Source: a virus
Taxonomy: Duplodnaviria > Caudoviricetes
Reading direction: 5' to 3' (one strand)
Virus record (IMG/VR): IMGVR_UViG_3300037755_000222
Span: 1 to 45,973 of that record
Length of the DNA stretch: 45,973 bases
Shown here: positions 45,112 through 45,973 of the stretch, piece by piece
Position numbering within the stretch: position 1 is the first letter of the stretch
Layout: each line of letters begins with the position of its first letter
Position numbers and translations under genes: made by a program
Notes under the pieces: generated by a model
The model's input: only the letters and a program-made list of their open reading frames with translations
Told to the model about the DNA's origin: nothing
Database searches by the model: none

Positions 45112-45190
45112 GCCGGACTTCGTCCCCGGCAATGACCGCATGAGGGTTCGTCTCCTCGATTGACAGAAACGCGGGTTCGTCTCCGCTGAC
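45112..45190 (+). promoter_or_regulatory. Three phased hairpins with TTCGTC loops in the capsid leader
   Basis: TTCGTC at 45119, 45147 and 45176, each within a different GC stem and followed by TGAC. Confidence 0.7.
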
Positions 45191-45209
45191 TTTCATCGAG
45201 GATACGACC

Positions 45210-45973
45210 ATGCCTTTTACCGCCGAGGAAATTTCCACCGCTGGCATGACCAGCTTGGATTTCTACCTCAAAAACAACCCCATCGATCAGATCGCCATCG
45301 AGCGCCCGTGGCTCGAAAAACTCATGGCGAAGAAGAAGTCCTATCCGGGCGCGAAGCAGTACGTGGTGATTCAACTGCGTACCTCCTACGACTCGAACTT
45401 CCAGTGGTTCAACGGTGCCAAGACCGTCACCTACAACAAACGCAAGACTGTCAAGCAGGCGAACTTCCCATGGGCTTCGGCGCATGACGGGTTCGCGCTC
45501 GACGAGGACCGTCTGGCGCAGAACGGCATCGTGATTCACGAGGGCAAGAGCAAGACCGCCTCGGACGCCGAACTGATCCAGTTGACGAACCTGCTGGAAG
45601 AACAGACCGAAGCCCTGCGCCTCGGTTACGAAGAAAAGTTCGACATCGAAATGCACCGTGACGGCACGCAGGACGCCGATGCCATTGCAGGCCTCGATCT
45701 TCTCGTCCAGTGCGCCAACAACGACAACTCCATCACGTGGTCAACCTCGGTCGGTGGTATCGACTCCGCGGCCAATCTGTACTGGCGGAACTACACCAAG
45801 GTCGATCTCGACGTAACGACCGCGACCGGCGATCTGAACGGCGAGATGGAAAAGGCGTGGCGCGCGTGCATCAAGAACGGTGGCGCTCCGGACTACATCA
45901 TGGCCGGGTACACCTTCATCGATTCACTTCGCAACTTCATGATGAACAAGTACGGTCGTGTCAATTACGGGGC
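45210..45973 (+). CDS. Major capsid protein, N-terminal part (continues into 1..368)
   Basis: GAGG RBS; MPFTAEEISTAGMTSLDFYLKNNPIDQI...; open to the window end and missing from the ORF track because it wraps. Confidence 0.9.
   Translation, partial: MPFTAEEISTAGMTSLDFYLKNNPIDQIAIERPWLEKLMAKKKSYPGAKQYVVIQLRTSYDSNFQWFNGAKTVTYNKRKTVKQANFPWASAHDGFALDEDRLAQNGIVIHEGKSKTASDAELIQLTNLLEEQTEALRLGYEEKFDIEMHRDGTQDADAIAGLDLLVQCANNDNSITWSTSVGGIDSAANLYWRNYTKVDLDVTTATGDLNGEMEKAWRACIKNGGAPDYIMAGYTFIDSLRNFMMNKYGRVNYG
45949..45973. repeat. 25-bp terminal direct repeat, right copy
   Basis: Identical to 1-25. Confidence 0.97.

Noticed and set aside
45112-45190. Mini CRISPR array
   Set aside because: Only a 6-nt loop and TGAC are conserved; period about 29 nt; no cas genes

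Overview
The window is a complete, circularly permuted ~45.9 kb dsDNA phage genome with a podovirus-type layout. The first and last 25 nt are identical, and the major capsid gene reads across the junction. Gene order: capsid (wraps the ends), adaptor/nozzle and accessory virion genes, GNAT plus ejection proteins, a 2268-aa polyvalent ejection protein (zeta-like P-loop kinase, HExxH, GNAT, LPD38-like), tail fibre and amidase lysis cassette. Then come a leftward recombination operon (DUF932, SSAP, YqaJ), a rightward operon (HTH, RNase H1 N-terminal domain, NUMOD4-HNH, SF2 helicase, NinB, DUF1364) and a leftward early cluster with a Top6A/Toprim-like gene. The genome ends with a rightward late region: TerS, a moron block, TerL, portal and scaffold. 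I recognise no integrase, DNA polymerase, primase, reverse transcriptase or CRISPR array. The most unusual content is non-coding: (i) a ~330-nt pseudoknotted RNA candidate directly upstream of a tRNA(CAT); (ii) a 103-nt tRNA-Ala/tmRNA-like RNA with a second T-loop inserted in the anticodon arm; (iii) two further long structured intergenic regions; (iv) three phased TTCGTC-loop hairpins in front of the capsid gene; (v) a perfect chromosomal-type parS site inside the giant ejection gene. A PagL-like outer-membrane deacylase and a TIGR03790-like gene are notable accessory proteins. All family calls come from motif recognition by eye; no searches or folding programs were run.
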